The notes beneath the pieces were generated by a model. It saw only the letters and a list, made by a program, of their open reading frames with translations. It did not search any database and was not told the DNA's origin. Both the position numbers and the translations under genes were made by a program. Of a stretch of DNA of 45,623 nucleotides, positions 8,640-17,020 are shown in pieces (the first letter of the stretch is position 1; each line of letters opens with the position of its first letter). Source of the DNA: a virus (lineage: Duplodnaviria; Heunggongvirae; Uroviricota; Caudoviricetes); the IMG/VR virus record IMGVR_UViG_2537561936_000015. One strand, written 5' to 3'.

Positions 8640-9179
8640 ATGCAACCACTTACATACCAACAGACTAGCGGATTTAGCCCGACTGCGGTGATAAATCGTT
8701 CTCAAACAAAACAGGTGCCAGGCCACGAAAAAATCCGTGATGCCGTCCGCGCCTGGTCGGCTGTAGATAATCAGGATGTCGTTGCCACACTCATTGTGAA
8801 TGAGTATCGGGAGCAGGGCGGCGGCACCATCGATTTCCCTGATGATGTCAGCCGTGCACGCCAGAAGCTGTTCCGCTTCCTCGATAACAAATTCGATTCT
8901 GAAAAATACCGAAATAATGTGCGTGAACTGACCCCGGCAATTCTGGCGGTACTACCGCTGGAATATCGCGGTTACCTGGTTGAGCAGGATAGCTTCATGG
9001 CTAGGTTGGCTGAAATGGAAAAGGAACTCAGTGAGGCAAAACAGGCTGTCATTCTCAACGCACCACGCCACCAGAAACTGAAGGAAATTAGTGAAGGTAT
9101 TGTGTCGATGTTTCGTGTGGACCCAGATCTGGCTGGTCCATTGATGGCGATGGTTACTACCATGCTGGGGGCGATATGA
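8640..9179 (+). CDS. YdaT-like regulatory protein in the cII position (function uncertain)
   Basis: 179-aa ORF after cro with AAGGAG RBS; family assignment from memory only. Confidence 0.5.
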   Translation: MQPLTYQQTSGFSPTAVINRSQTKQVPGHEKIRDAVRAWSAVDNQDVVATLIVNEYREQGGGTIDFPDDVSRARQKLFRFLDNKFDSEKYRNNVRELTPAILAVLPLEYRGYLVEQDSFMARLAEMEKELSEAKQAVILNAPRHQKLKEISEGIVSMFRVDPDLAGPLMAMVTTMLGAI

Positions 9180-9265
9180 CAGGTTCAGAAATGGCGAAAG
9201 CCGGTCTGCTGGAACAGAACCGACTTTCAGGTGCAAATCGTAACACACTCATTGCGGGAGGAATT

Positions 9266-10195
9266 ATGGCAAACACTGCTGAGATATTCAATTTTCCAGT
9301 GCCGGATGCGGCACAAAAGGAGCCGCGCGTGGCAGATCTCGATGATGGTTATACGCGCATTGCAAATGAGTTGCTGGAAGCTGTGATGCTGGCCGGATTA
9401 ACACAGCACCAGCTTCTGGTCTTCCTGGCTGTCATGCGCAAAACATATGGCTTTAATAAAAAACTGGATTGGGTGAGCAACGAGCAACTTTCCGAGTTGA
9501 CCGGGATATTGCCGCACAAGTGTTCTGCTGCAAAAAGTGTTCTGGTAAAGCGTGGGATTTTTATTCAGAGTGGGCGGAATATCGGCATTAATAATGTGGT
9601 CAGTGAATGGTCAACATTACCCGAATCAGGTAAGAAAAATAAAGTTTACCTGAAAGAGGTAAATTTACCTGAATCAGGTAAGAAAAGTTTACCCAAATCA
9701 GGTAAAGGCGTTTACCCGAATCAGGTAAACACAAAAGACAAACTAACAAAAGACAATATAAAACCTTTTTCGTCCGAGAATTCTGGCGAATCCTCTGACC
9801 AGCCAGAAAACGACTTTCCTTTGGAGAAACTGGATGCTGCAATTCAGAGCGGCAGCAAGTGGGGGACAGCAGAAGACCTGACCGCCGCAGAGTGGATGTT
9901 TAACATGGTGAAGACCATCGCGCCCTCAGCCAGAAAACCGAATTTTGCAGGGTGGGCTAACGATATCCGCCTGATGCGTGAACGTGACGGACGTAACCAC
10001 CGCGACATGTGCGTGCTGTTCCGCTGGGCATGCCAGGACAACTTCTGGTCCGGTAACGTGCTGAGTCCGGCCAAACTCCGCGACAAGTGGACCCAACTCG
10101 AAATCAACCGTAACAAGCAACAGGCTGGCGTGACAACCGGAAAATCAAAACTCGACCTGACAAACACTGACTGGATTTACGGGGTGGATTTATGA
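9266..10195 (+). CDS. O: Replication initiator O (non-lambda N-terminal domain, lambda-like C-terminal P-interaction domain)
   Basis: MANTAEIFNFPVPDAAQKEPRVADLDDGYTRIANELLEA.. resembles lambda O N-terminus; C-terminal ~110 aa reads as lambda O; contains iterons. Confidence 0.85.
   Translation: MANTAEIFNFPVPDAAQKEPRVADLDDGYTRIANELLEAVMLAGLTQHQLLVFLAVMRKTYGFNKKLDWVSNEQLSELTGILPHKCSAAKSVLVKRGIFIQSGRNIGINNVVSEWSTLPESGKKNKVYLKEVNLPESGKKSLPKSGKGVYPNQVNTKDKLTKDNIKPFSSENSGESSDQPENDFPLEKLDAAIQSGSKWGTAEDLTAAEWMFNMVKTIAPSARKPNFAGWANDIRLMRERDGRNHRDMCVLFRWACQDNFWSGNVLSPAKLRDKWTQLEINRNKQQAGVTTGKSKLDLTNTDWIYGVDL
9616..9775. repeat. ori: Origin of replication: five ~19-bp palindromic iterons (TTTACCYRAATCAGGTAAR) at 9616-9729 plus A-rich segment inside O
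   Basis: Repeats visible at 9616, 9645, 9664, 9688, 9711 followed by ACAAAAGACAAACTAACAAAAGACAATATAAAACC. Confidence 0.75.
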
Positions 10196-10893
10196 AAAAC
10201 ATCGCCGCACAGATGGTTAACTTTGACCGTGAGCAGATGCGCCGGATCGCCAACAACATGCCGGAACAGTACGACGAAAAGCCGCAGGTACAGCAGGTAG
10301 CGCAGATCATCAACGGTGTGTTCAGCCAGTTACTGGCAACTTTCCCGGCGAGCCTGGCTAACCGTGACCAGAATGAACTGAACGAAATCCGCCGCCAGTG
10401 GGTTCTGGCTTTCTGGGAAAACGGGATCACCACAATGGAACAGGTTAACGCTGGAATGCGCGTAGCCCGTCGGCAGAATCGACCATTCCTGCCATCACCC
10501 GGGCAGTTTGTCGCCTGGTGCCGGGAAGAAGCATCCGTTACCGCCGGGCTGCCAAACGCCAGCGAGCTGGTTGATATGGTTTACGAGTATTGCCGGAAGC
10601 GCGGGCTGTATCCGGATGCAGAGTCTTATCCGTGGAAATCAAACGCGCACTACTGGCTGGTTACCAACCTGTATCAGAACATGCGGGCCAATGCGTTGAC
10701 TGACGCGGAATTACGGCGCAAGGCTGCCGATGAACTGTCCTGTATGACCGCACGAATTAACCGTGGTGAGGCTATACCTGAACCAGTAAAACAACTTCCT
10801 GTCATGGGCGGTAGACCTCTAAATCGTGCACAGGCTCTGGCGAAGATCGCAGAAATCAAAGCTAAGTTTGGGCTGAAAGGAGCAAGGGTATGA
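10192..10893 (+). CDS. P: Replication protein P (DnaB helicase loader), lambda-type
   Basis: 233-aa ORF MKNIAAQMVNFDREQMRRIANNMPEQYDEKPQVQQVAQIINGVFSQLLATFPASLANRDQNE.. recognised as lambda P. Confidence 0.95.
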   Translation: MKNIAAQMVNFDREQMRRIANNMPEQYDEKPQVQQVAQIINGVFSQLLATFPASLANRDQNELNEIRRQWVLAFWENGITTMEQVNAGMRVARRQNRPFLPSPGQFVAWCREEASVTAGLPNASELVDMVYEYCRKRGLYPDAESYPWKSNAHYWLVTNLYQNMRANALTDAELRRKAADELSCMTARINRGEAIPEPVKQLPVMGGRPLNRAQALAKIAEIKAKFGLKGARV

Positions 10894-11192
10894 CGGGCAA
10901 AGAGGCAATTATTCATTACCTGGGGACTCATAAGAAATTCTGTGCGCAGGACGTTGCCGCGGTAACAGGCGCAACGGTAACCAGCATAAATCAGGCTGCG
11001 GCTAAAATGGCGCGGGCAGGAATCCTGGTCGTTGATGGTAAGGTCTGGCGAACGGTGTATTATCGGTTCGCTACCAGAGAAGAATGGGAAGGAAAGGTGA
11101 GCACGAATTTGATTTTTAAGGAGTGTCGCCAGAGTGCCGCGATGAAACGGGTATTGAGGGTATATAAAAGAACATCAATGGGTACACAATGA
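10890..11192 (+). CDS. ren: Ren (Rex exclusion escape protein), lambda-type
   Basis: MTGKEAIIHYLGTHKKFCAQDVAAVTGATVTSINQAAAKMARAGILVVDGKVWRTVYYRFATREE.. recognised as lambda Ren. Confidence 0.85.
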   Translation: MTGKEAIIHYLGTHKKFCAQDVAAVTGATVTSINQAAAKMARAGILVVDGKVWRTVYYRFATREEWEGKVSTNLIFKECRQSAAMKRVLRVYKRTSMGTQ

Positions 11193-11259
11193 TGAAACAG
11201 GTGAGTTGAGTTCAAACTGTAGTACAATTCTCTCCAGTTTGAACAGGAAAGAATATGCT

Positions 11260-11592
11260 ATGAATCCTTATATTTATCTTGGTGGTGCAATACTTGCAGA
11301 GGTCATTGGTACAACCTTAATGAAGTTTTCAGAAGGTTTTACACGGTTATGGCCATCTGTTGGTACAATTATTTGTTATTGTGCATCATTCTGGTTATTA
11401 GCTCAGACGCTGGCTTATATTCCTACAGGGATTGCTTATGCTATCTGGTCAGGAGTCGGTATTGTCCTGATTAGCTTACTATCATGGGGATTTTTCGGCC
11501 AACGGTTGGACCTGCCAGCCATTATAGGCATGATGTTGATTTGTGCCGGTGTGTTGGTTATTAATTTATTGTCACGAAGCACACCACATTAA
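11260..11592 (+). CDS. emrE: Small multidrug resistance (SMR) efflux transporter EmrE
   Basis: 110-aa MNPYIYLGGAILAEVIGTTLMKFSEGFTRLWPSVGTIICYCASFWLLAQTLAYIP.. recognised as E. coli EmrE (DLP12 cargo gene). Confidence 0.9.
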   Translation: MNPYIYLGGAILAEVIGTTLMKFSEGFTRLWPSVGTIICYCASFWLLAQTLAYIPTGIAYAIWSGVGIVLISLLSWGFFGQRLDLPAIIGMMLICAGVLVINLLSRSTPH

Positions 11593-11847
11593 AAATAATT
11601 TGTTTTTAAACGACTAAAATATGGAGGCTCGTATATTTATATGGGCCTCGTTTTATGCTTTTTGTTAATGTCTTTAGTTTTTATTCATTCTTTTGTGCTT
11701 TCAAGATTATGGTGTAAGAAAATTGCAATACGATTATTGTTGTATATTCAAGATAATGTGACCTTAATTGTCTTTTTAAATAAAAATTAAACAAAAATCA
11801 TATCTCACCACTAAGGTTTATAAAAGCATACTTTAGCAGGTGTCACC

Positions 11848-13374
11848 ATGAAAAAAGCCATAGCATATATGCGATTTTCATCACCAGGTCAGATGTCTGG
11901 TGATTCATTAAACCGCCAGAGAAGGCTTATTACTGAATGGCTAAAGGTAAATAGTGATTATTACCTTGATACCGTAACGTATGAAGATTTGGGGTTAAGC
12001 GCATTCAATGGAAAGCATGCACAATCAGGAGCTTTTTCGGAATTTTTAGATGCTATAGAACATGGTTATATATTGCCAGGGACTACATTGTTAGTTGAAA
12101 GTCTGGACAGACTTTCAAGAGAAAAAGTCGGTGAAGCGATTGAGCGTCTGAAATTGATTTTGAATCACGGTATTGATGTTATAACTCTTTGCGATAATAC
12201 AGTCTATAATATTGACTCATTGAATGAGCCATATTCATTAATAAAAGCCATACTTATAGCACAAAGGGCAAATGAAGAAAGCGAGATAAAGTCAAGTCGG
12301 GTTAAATTATCATGGAAGAAAAAACGGCAGGATGCACTGGAGTCAGGCACGATTATGACGGCGTCTTGTCCGAGATGGCTCTCATTGGATGACAAAAGAA
12401 CGGCTTTTGTTCCAGACCCCGACAGGGTGAAAACTATTGAGCTAATTTTTAAACTCAGGATGGAAAGGCGCTCATTGAATGCAATAGCCAAGTATTTAAA
12501 TGATCATGCTGTAAAGAATTTCTCAGGAAAAGAAAGTGCATGGGGACCTTCTGTAATTGAAAAATTATTAGCGAATAAAGCTCTGATAGGTATATGCGTA
12601 CCTTCATATCGTGCAAGAGGTAAAGGAATAAGTGAAATCGCTGGCTATTATCCCAGAGTCATATCAGATGATTTGTTTTACGCTGTGCAGGAAATTCGGT
12701 TGGCACCTTTTGGTATTAGCAATAGTAGCAAAAATCCTATGTTGATAAATCTACTTCGAACAGTTATGAAGTGCGAGGCTTGTGGTAATACCATGATTGT
12801 TCATGCGGTATCTGGAAGTTTGCATGGCTATTATGTTTGTCCGATGAGAAGACTGCATCGATGTGACAGGCCATCAATAAAGAGAGATTTGGTTGATTAT
12901 AATATCATTAATGAGTTGCTTTTTAATTGTAGTAAAATCCAACCAGTTGAAAACAAGAAAGATGCTAATGAAACTTTAGAGTTGAAAATTATTGAGCTCC
13001 AGATGAAAATTAATAATTTAATTGCTGCATTATCTGTTGCGCCTGAAGTTACCGCTATAGCAGAAAAAATCAGAGTATTAGATAAGGAATTACGAAGGGC
13101 TTCTGTATCATTAAAAACTTTGAAGAGTAAAGCGGTGAGTTCACTTGGTGATTTTCATGCTATTGACTTAACCAGTAAAAATGGGCGAGAGCTATGTCGT
13201 ACACTTGCCTATAAAACATTCGAAAAAATCATAATCAATACAGATAATAAAACCTGTGATATCTATTTTATGAATGGCATTGTTTTTAAACACTATCCTT
13301 TAATGAAAACAATATCTGCCCAGCAGGCGATAAGTACTCTCAAATATATGGTTGATGGTGAGGTTTATTTTTGA
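11848..13374 (+). CDS. ybcK: Large serine recombinase (DLP12 YbcK-like)
   Basis: 508-aa ORF, N-terminal resolvase-type catalytic region (AYMRFSSPGQ); AT-rich; same position as ybcK in DLP12. Confidence 0.85.
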   Translation: MKKAIAYMRFSSPGQMSGDSLNRQRRLITEWLKVNSDYYLDTVTYEDLGLSAFNGKHAQSGAFSEFLDAIEHGYILPGTTLLVESLDRLSREKVGEAIERLKLILNHGIDVITLCDNTVYNIDSLNEPYSLIKAILIAQRANEESEIKSSRVKLSWKKKRQDALESGTIMTASCPRWLSLDDKRTAFVPDPDRVKTIELIFKLRMERRSLNAIAKYLNDHAVKNFSGKESAWGPSVIEKLLANKALIGICVPSYRARGKGISEIAGYYPRVISDDLFYAVQEIRLAPFGISNSSKNPMLINLLRTVMKCEACGNTMIVHAVSGSLHGYYVCPMRRLHRCDRPSIKRDLVDYNIINELLFNCSKIQPVENKKDANETLELKIIELQMKINNLIAALSVAPEVTAIAEKIRVLDKELRRASVSLKTLKSKAVSSLGDFHAIDLTSKNGRELCRTLAYKTFEKIIINTDNKTCDIYFMNGIVFKHYPLMKTISAQQAISTLKYMVDGEVYF

Positions 13375-13485
13375 GTAATAATCACTTTTTCAACCGTGCT
13401 ATAGTAAGAAAGTTAGGTAAGTACAATAAAATTATCTATCCTGAACGAAGCGTCCTGAGCTATGGTTTTACTATAGGGACTGCCA

Positions 13486-13809
13486 ATGGATGCTGGCGTT
13501 CTCGTTCTAGCAGTTCAACAATCCCCAATCACAAAACAATTCACTGATAACGAACTTTGCACACTCGCCTGGTTATGGCGAGCAGGGAATGTGATGTTAA
13601 TTACCTACCAGAACGTTCCTCCTCTTCTTCAGGTTGCGGAGCATCGTGAAGCTGGTCGCTTCACTTCTATCGAGCAAGAATATCCCCAGATACTCAACAG
13701 AGCGCGAGCAATCCTCGTCCGAGAAACGGCACATGTAAAACTTCAGCCGTGGCAGGATGATAAGTGGAGTCGAGTATTGCCGCATTTACCTCAGAATCTG
13801 TTTCAATAA
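13486..13809 (+). CDS. Hypothetical protein (107 aa), unrecognised
   Basis: ORF with GGGA 6 nt upstream of ATG; stop codon two codons upstream in frame; no motif recognised. Confidence 0.4.
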   Translation: MDAGVLVLAVQQSPITKQFTDNELCTLAWLWRAGNVMLITYQNVPPLLQVAEHREAGRFTSIEQEYPQILNRARAILVRETAHVKLQPWQDDKWSRVLPHLPQNLFQ

Positions 13810-13827
13810 AGGCGCTAGTTAGTAAGG

Positions 13828-13853
13828 CTTCCGTCATTCTGCGATGACGGAAG
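13828..13853. repeat. Perfect 10-bp-stem palindrome CTTCCGTCAT-tctgcg-ATGACGGAAG
   Basis: Directly after ORF107 stop; no U-run, so terminator or protein-binding site. Confidence 0.4.
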
Positions 13854-13983
13854 TGCGGGCTGCGTACGGGAGAGCAATTGCATGAATAATATAAATATTC
13901 CGCTCACTCCATATAGCGATTTCTGATACAAACTTATCTATTGTGGTAAAATTATAGAAACAAACTTATAGCGTACTAACCAT

Positions 13984-14766
13984 ATGGACAATATTAATAA
14001 ACACGGGCTCTCAAGAAGAATACCTGAGACAATAAAACGTCAGATAAGGCAAAGGTGCGGCTTTGGCTGTGTAATTTGTGGATTTGGATTTTATGATTAT
14101 GAGCATTTTAAACCTGACTTCGTTGATGCCAAAGTACATGATCCGAATGGAATGACACTTCTTTGCTCCCAATGCAATCAAAAAAGAGCTCGTGGTAGAC
14201 TTTCAGCACAGACAGTGGAAATAGCTGACAGAAATCCCAAGTGCTTACAGGCTGGTTTTGCAAATGAAATGTTTGATTTTCATAATGAGCCTATAACAGT
14301 AAAATTTGCAGGAGTGACGTTTCATAACTGTCAAAATTTGATTGTAGTCAACGAACAACCCATTCTTTCTGTGAAACCTTCACCCATACCACATGGACCG
14401 ATGCTTTTATCAGGAATTTTCTGTAATTCTATTGGTAAGGAGACTTTACTGATAGATGAAAATGAATGGAAAGCTAAATCAGACAATTGGGATGTGGAGT
14501 GTACCGGCCCGCGTATAACAATACGACGTGGGCCAGGAGAGTTTGCCCTCGTTCTAAAAATGGAACCTCCAACAGGATTGATTGTTGAGCGTCTTGATAT
14601 GTTGTATGAAGGGGTCAGGATGAAAGGAGATAAAGATCTGCTGGAAGTTTCGATTAATGGAGGTCCCTTGCACAGATGGCAATCATGCTCAATGTCAAAT
14701 TGCCATACAGGGCTTGCGATTCAGGGCGGTATTAGAGCTGCTAATGATCCTTTGTATTGCGCCTAA
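13984..14766 (+). CDS. Hypothetical protein with N-terminal HNH (His-Me finger) nuclease-like zinc-finger motif and ~190-aa unknown C-terminal domain
   Basis: 260-aa ORF; residues 24-66 RCGFGCVICG..YDYEHF..HDPNGMTLLCSQCNQKR give Cys cluster-EH-N-CxxC spacing; AT-rich codon usage; not AraC-like. Confidence 0.6.
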   Translation: MDNINKHGLSRRIPETIKRQIRQRCGFGCVICGFGFYDYEHFKPDFVDAKVHDPNGMTLLCSQCNQKRARGRLSAQTVEIADRNPKCLQAGFANEMFDFHNEPITVKFAGVTFHNCQNLIVVNEQPILSVKPSPIPHGPMLLSGIFCNSIGKETLLIDENEWKAKSDNWDVECTGPRITIRRGPGEFALVLKMEPPTGLIVERLDMLYEGVRMKGDKDLLEVSINGGPLHRWQSCSMSNCHTGLAIQGGIRAANDPLYCA

Positions 14767-14808
14767 ATCCACTAAATTGATTTTCAACAATCAACTTGCC
14801 ATAATTAA

Positions 14809-14840
14809 GTCACCGGAGTTTGAACTCCTCCGGTGACTTC
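14809..14840 (+). terminator. Hairpin GTCACCGGAG-loop-CTCCGGTGAC after the 260-aa ORF (putative terminator)
   Basis: Perfect 10-bp stem, 9-nt loop, followed by TTCTGCGC. Confidence 0.4.
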
Positions 14841-14860
14841 TGCGCTAAACGGGGACGTTT

Positions 14861-14962
14861 ATGCGCACATACAATCCAACCTCTCTTCTCCATTCACAGA
14901 TGCAGAAATGCACCTGCGATATTTTGCATCCAGCGTTTGATCTCTGCGGAGGTGAAGCGTGA
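14861..14962 (+). CDS. ylcH: Small protein YlcH-like (33 aa), translationally coupled to ybcN
   Basis: [33 protein letters not shown]; stop overlaps ybcN GTG start (GTGA). Confidence 0.5.
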   Translation: MRTYNPTSLLHSQMQKCTCDILHPAFDLCGGEA

Positions 14963-15414
14963 ACCTCCCACAAGATGGTATCAAATTGCATCGCGGTAAC
15001 TTCACCGCTATCGGTCGGCAGATCCAGCCTTATCTGGAGGACGGCAAATGCTTTCGCATGGTGCTTAAACCGTGGCGCGAGAGACGCAGTCTTTCCCAGA
15101 ATGCACTCAGCCACATGTGGTACAGCGAAATCAGTGAATACCTCATCAGCAAGGGTAAAACGTTCGCCACTCCAGCTTGGGTAAAAGATGCTCTCAAACA
15201 CACATATCTCGGTTATGAAACCAAAGACCTGGTTGATGTCGTAACCGGTGATATCACCACTATCCAGTCGTTACGCCATACCTCCGATCTTGATACCGGA
15301 GAGATGTATGTCTTCCTGTGTAAGGTTGAAGCCTGGGCGATGAATATTGGCTGCCACCTGACTATTCCGCAGAGCTGCGAGTTCCAGCAGCTCCGCGACA
15401 AACAGGAGGCGTAA
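14959..15414 (+). CDS. ybcN: NinB-family protein (YbcN)
   Basis: 151-aa [57 protein letters not shown].. ; GTG start. Confidence 0.8.
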   Translation: MNLPQDGIKLHRGNFTAIGRQIQPYLEDGKCFRMVLKPWRERRSLSQNALSHMWYSEISEYLISKGKTFATPAWVKDALKHTYLGYETKDLVDVVTGDITTIQSLRHTSDLDTGEMYVFLCKVEAWAMNIGCHLTIPQSCEFQQLRDKQEA

Positions 15415-15584
15415 TGGCTACACCGCTTATTCGTGTCATGAACGGACACATCTACAGAGTACCAAATCGTCGTAAGCGTAAACCGGAGCTGAAGCCTTCC
15501 GAAATACCAACACTGCTCGGATATACCGCCAGCCTGGTTGATAAAAAATGGTTGCGACTGGCAGCAAGGAGGAATCATGGCTGA
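15414..15584 (+). CDS. ninE: NinE-like protein (56 aa)
   Basis: Hand-translated [56 protein letters not shown]; overlaps ybcN stop (TAATG). Confidence 0.6.
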   Translation: MATPLIRVMNGHIYRVPNRRKRKPELKPSEIPTLLGYTASLVDKKWLRLAARRNHG

Positions 15585-15867
15585 TTTGAGAAAAGCAGCG
15601 CGTAGTCGGGAATGCCAGGTAAGAATCCCTGGCGTATGTAATGGCAACCCTGAAACGTCTGTACTGGCACATATCCGGCTGACTGGATTGTGCGGCACCG
15701 GTACCAAACCGCCAGACCTGATTGCCCCCATTGCATGTTCTGCCTGCCACGACGAAATCGACCGCCGCACACATTTTGTCGATGCTGCATATGCAAAAGA
15801 ATGCGCGCTGGAAGGTATGGCGAGAACACAGGTTATCTGGCTGAAAGAGGGGGTTATTAAGGCGTGA
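15577..15867 (+). CDS. ybcO: YbcO-like protein (DUF1364, Cys-rich putative nuclease)
   Basis: 96-aa [64 protein letters not shown].. Confidence 0.75.
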   Translation: MADLRKAARSRECQVRIPGVCNGNPETSVLAHIRLTGLCGTGTKPPDLIAPIACSACHDEIDRRTHFVDAAYAKECALEGMARTQVIWLKEGVIKA

Positions 15868-16226
15868 ATACCTACAGCATCACATTACCCTGGCCTCCGA
15901 GCAATAATCGCTATTACCGCCATAATCGCGGGCGCACGCACGTCAGCGCAGAGGGGCAGGCATACCGCGATAACGTCGCCCGAATCATTAAAAACGCAAT
16001 GCTGGATATCGGCCTGGCTATGCCTGTGAAAATCCGCATTGAGTGCCACATGCCGGATCGCCGTCGCCGTGACCTGGATAATCTGCAAAAAGCCGCTTTT
16101 GACGCACTCACTAAAGCAGGTTTCTGGCTGGATGATGCTCAGGTCGTTGATTACCGCGTTGTGAAGATGCCGGTTGTCAAAGGTGGAAAGCTGGAACTGA
16201 CCATCACTGAACTGGGAGATGAATGA
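15864..16226 (+). CDS. rusA: Holliday junction resolvase RusA
   Basis: 120-aa [48 protein letters not shown].. recognised as RusA; GTG start overlapping ybcO stop. Confidence 0.9.
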   Translation: MNTYSITLPWPPSNNRYYRHNRGRTHVSAEGQAYRDNVARIIKNAMLDIGLAMPVKIRIECHMPDRRRRDLDNLQKAAFDALTKAGFWLDDAQVVDYRVVKMPVVKGGKLELTITELGDE

Positions 16227-16363
16227 TGTTTGAGTTTTATATGGCAGAACTTCTTCGCCACCGCTGGATGCGCCTGCGCTTATATCGTTTCCCCGGTTCT
16301 GTTTTGACCGATTACCGAATACTGAAGAATTACGCCAAAACACTGACAGGAGCAGGAGTATGA
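16223..16363 (+). CDS. ylcG: Small protein YlcG-like (46 aa)
   Basis: [46 protein letters not shown]; start overlaps rusA stop. Confidence 0.5.
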   Translation: MMFEFYMAELLRHRWMRLRLYRFPGSVLTDYRILKNYAKTLTGAGV

Positions 16364-16448
16364 AGTCAGAGATAACAATCAACTAATACTGTTTTGTTGA
16401 TTTTTGCTTGTAATTGGCGTTCTGGTCTGATTTTTGTGGAGTAAGTTG

Positions 16449-16832
16449 ATGCGTGATATTCAGATGGTTCTTGAGCGTTGGGGAGCGTGGGCGGCTAATA
16501 ATCATGAAGATGTGACCTGGTCGTCCATTGCCGCCGGTTTTAAGGGATTAATTACTTCAAAAGTAAAATCTCGCCCGCAATGTTGTGACGATGACGCGAT
16601 GATTATTTGCGGGTGCATGGCCCGTCTGAAAAAGAACAACAGCGATTTGCACGATTTATTAGTAGATTATTATGTAGTCGGTATGACATTCATGTCACTG
16701 GCAGGTAAGCATTGCTGCTCTGATGGTTATATCGGGAAAAGGTTACAGAAGGCTGAGGGCATAATTGAAGGGATGTTAATGGCATTAGATATCCGGTTAG
16801 AGATGGATATCGTTGTTAATAACTCTAATTAA
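16449..16832 (+). CDS. quuD: Late-gene antiterminator Q (QuuD/phage-21 type)
   Basis: 127-aa [66 protein letters not shown].. ; position before lysis genes. Confidence 0.85.
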   Translation: MRDIQMVLERWGAWAANNHEDVTWSSIAAGFKGLITSKVKSRPQCCDDDAMIICGCMARLKKNNSDLHDLLVDYYVVGMTFMSLAGKHCCSDGYIGKRLQKAEGIIEGMLMALDIRLEMDIVVNNSN

Positions 16833-17020
16833 TATGCCAATTGTTTACTAAAAATTATTAAAAATGGGGCGTTGAGACGCCCCCAAAAATAAAGGGTAAT
16901 ATATAACAGAAGGTTTATATAGTTAGAAGCAAGGTTGTGCTCCTAAAGGAAGTGGCTTGAGGGAGCCACTTATATGTTGGGGAGGCAAAGCCTCCCGCAA
17001 CATATCTTTTAGTAATCAAA

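Noticed and set aside
9616-9729. Short direct repeats that could be mistaken for a CRISPR array
   Set aside because: Repeats are palindromic, ~19 bp with 5-10 bp gaps, and lie inside the O gene: these are replication-origin iterons
16833-17020. Possible IS element or PR' promoter between Q and nmpC
   Set aside because: No transposase ORF or terminal inverted repeats; only hairpins consistent with terminators downstream of nmpC; PR' is better placed upstream of the tR'-like terminator at 18530-18565
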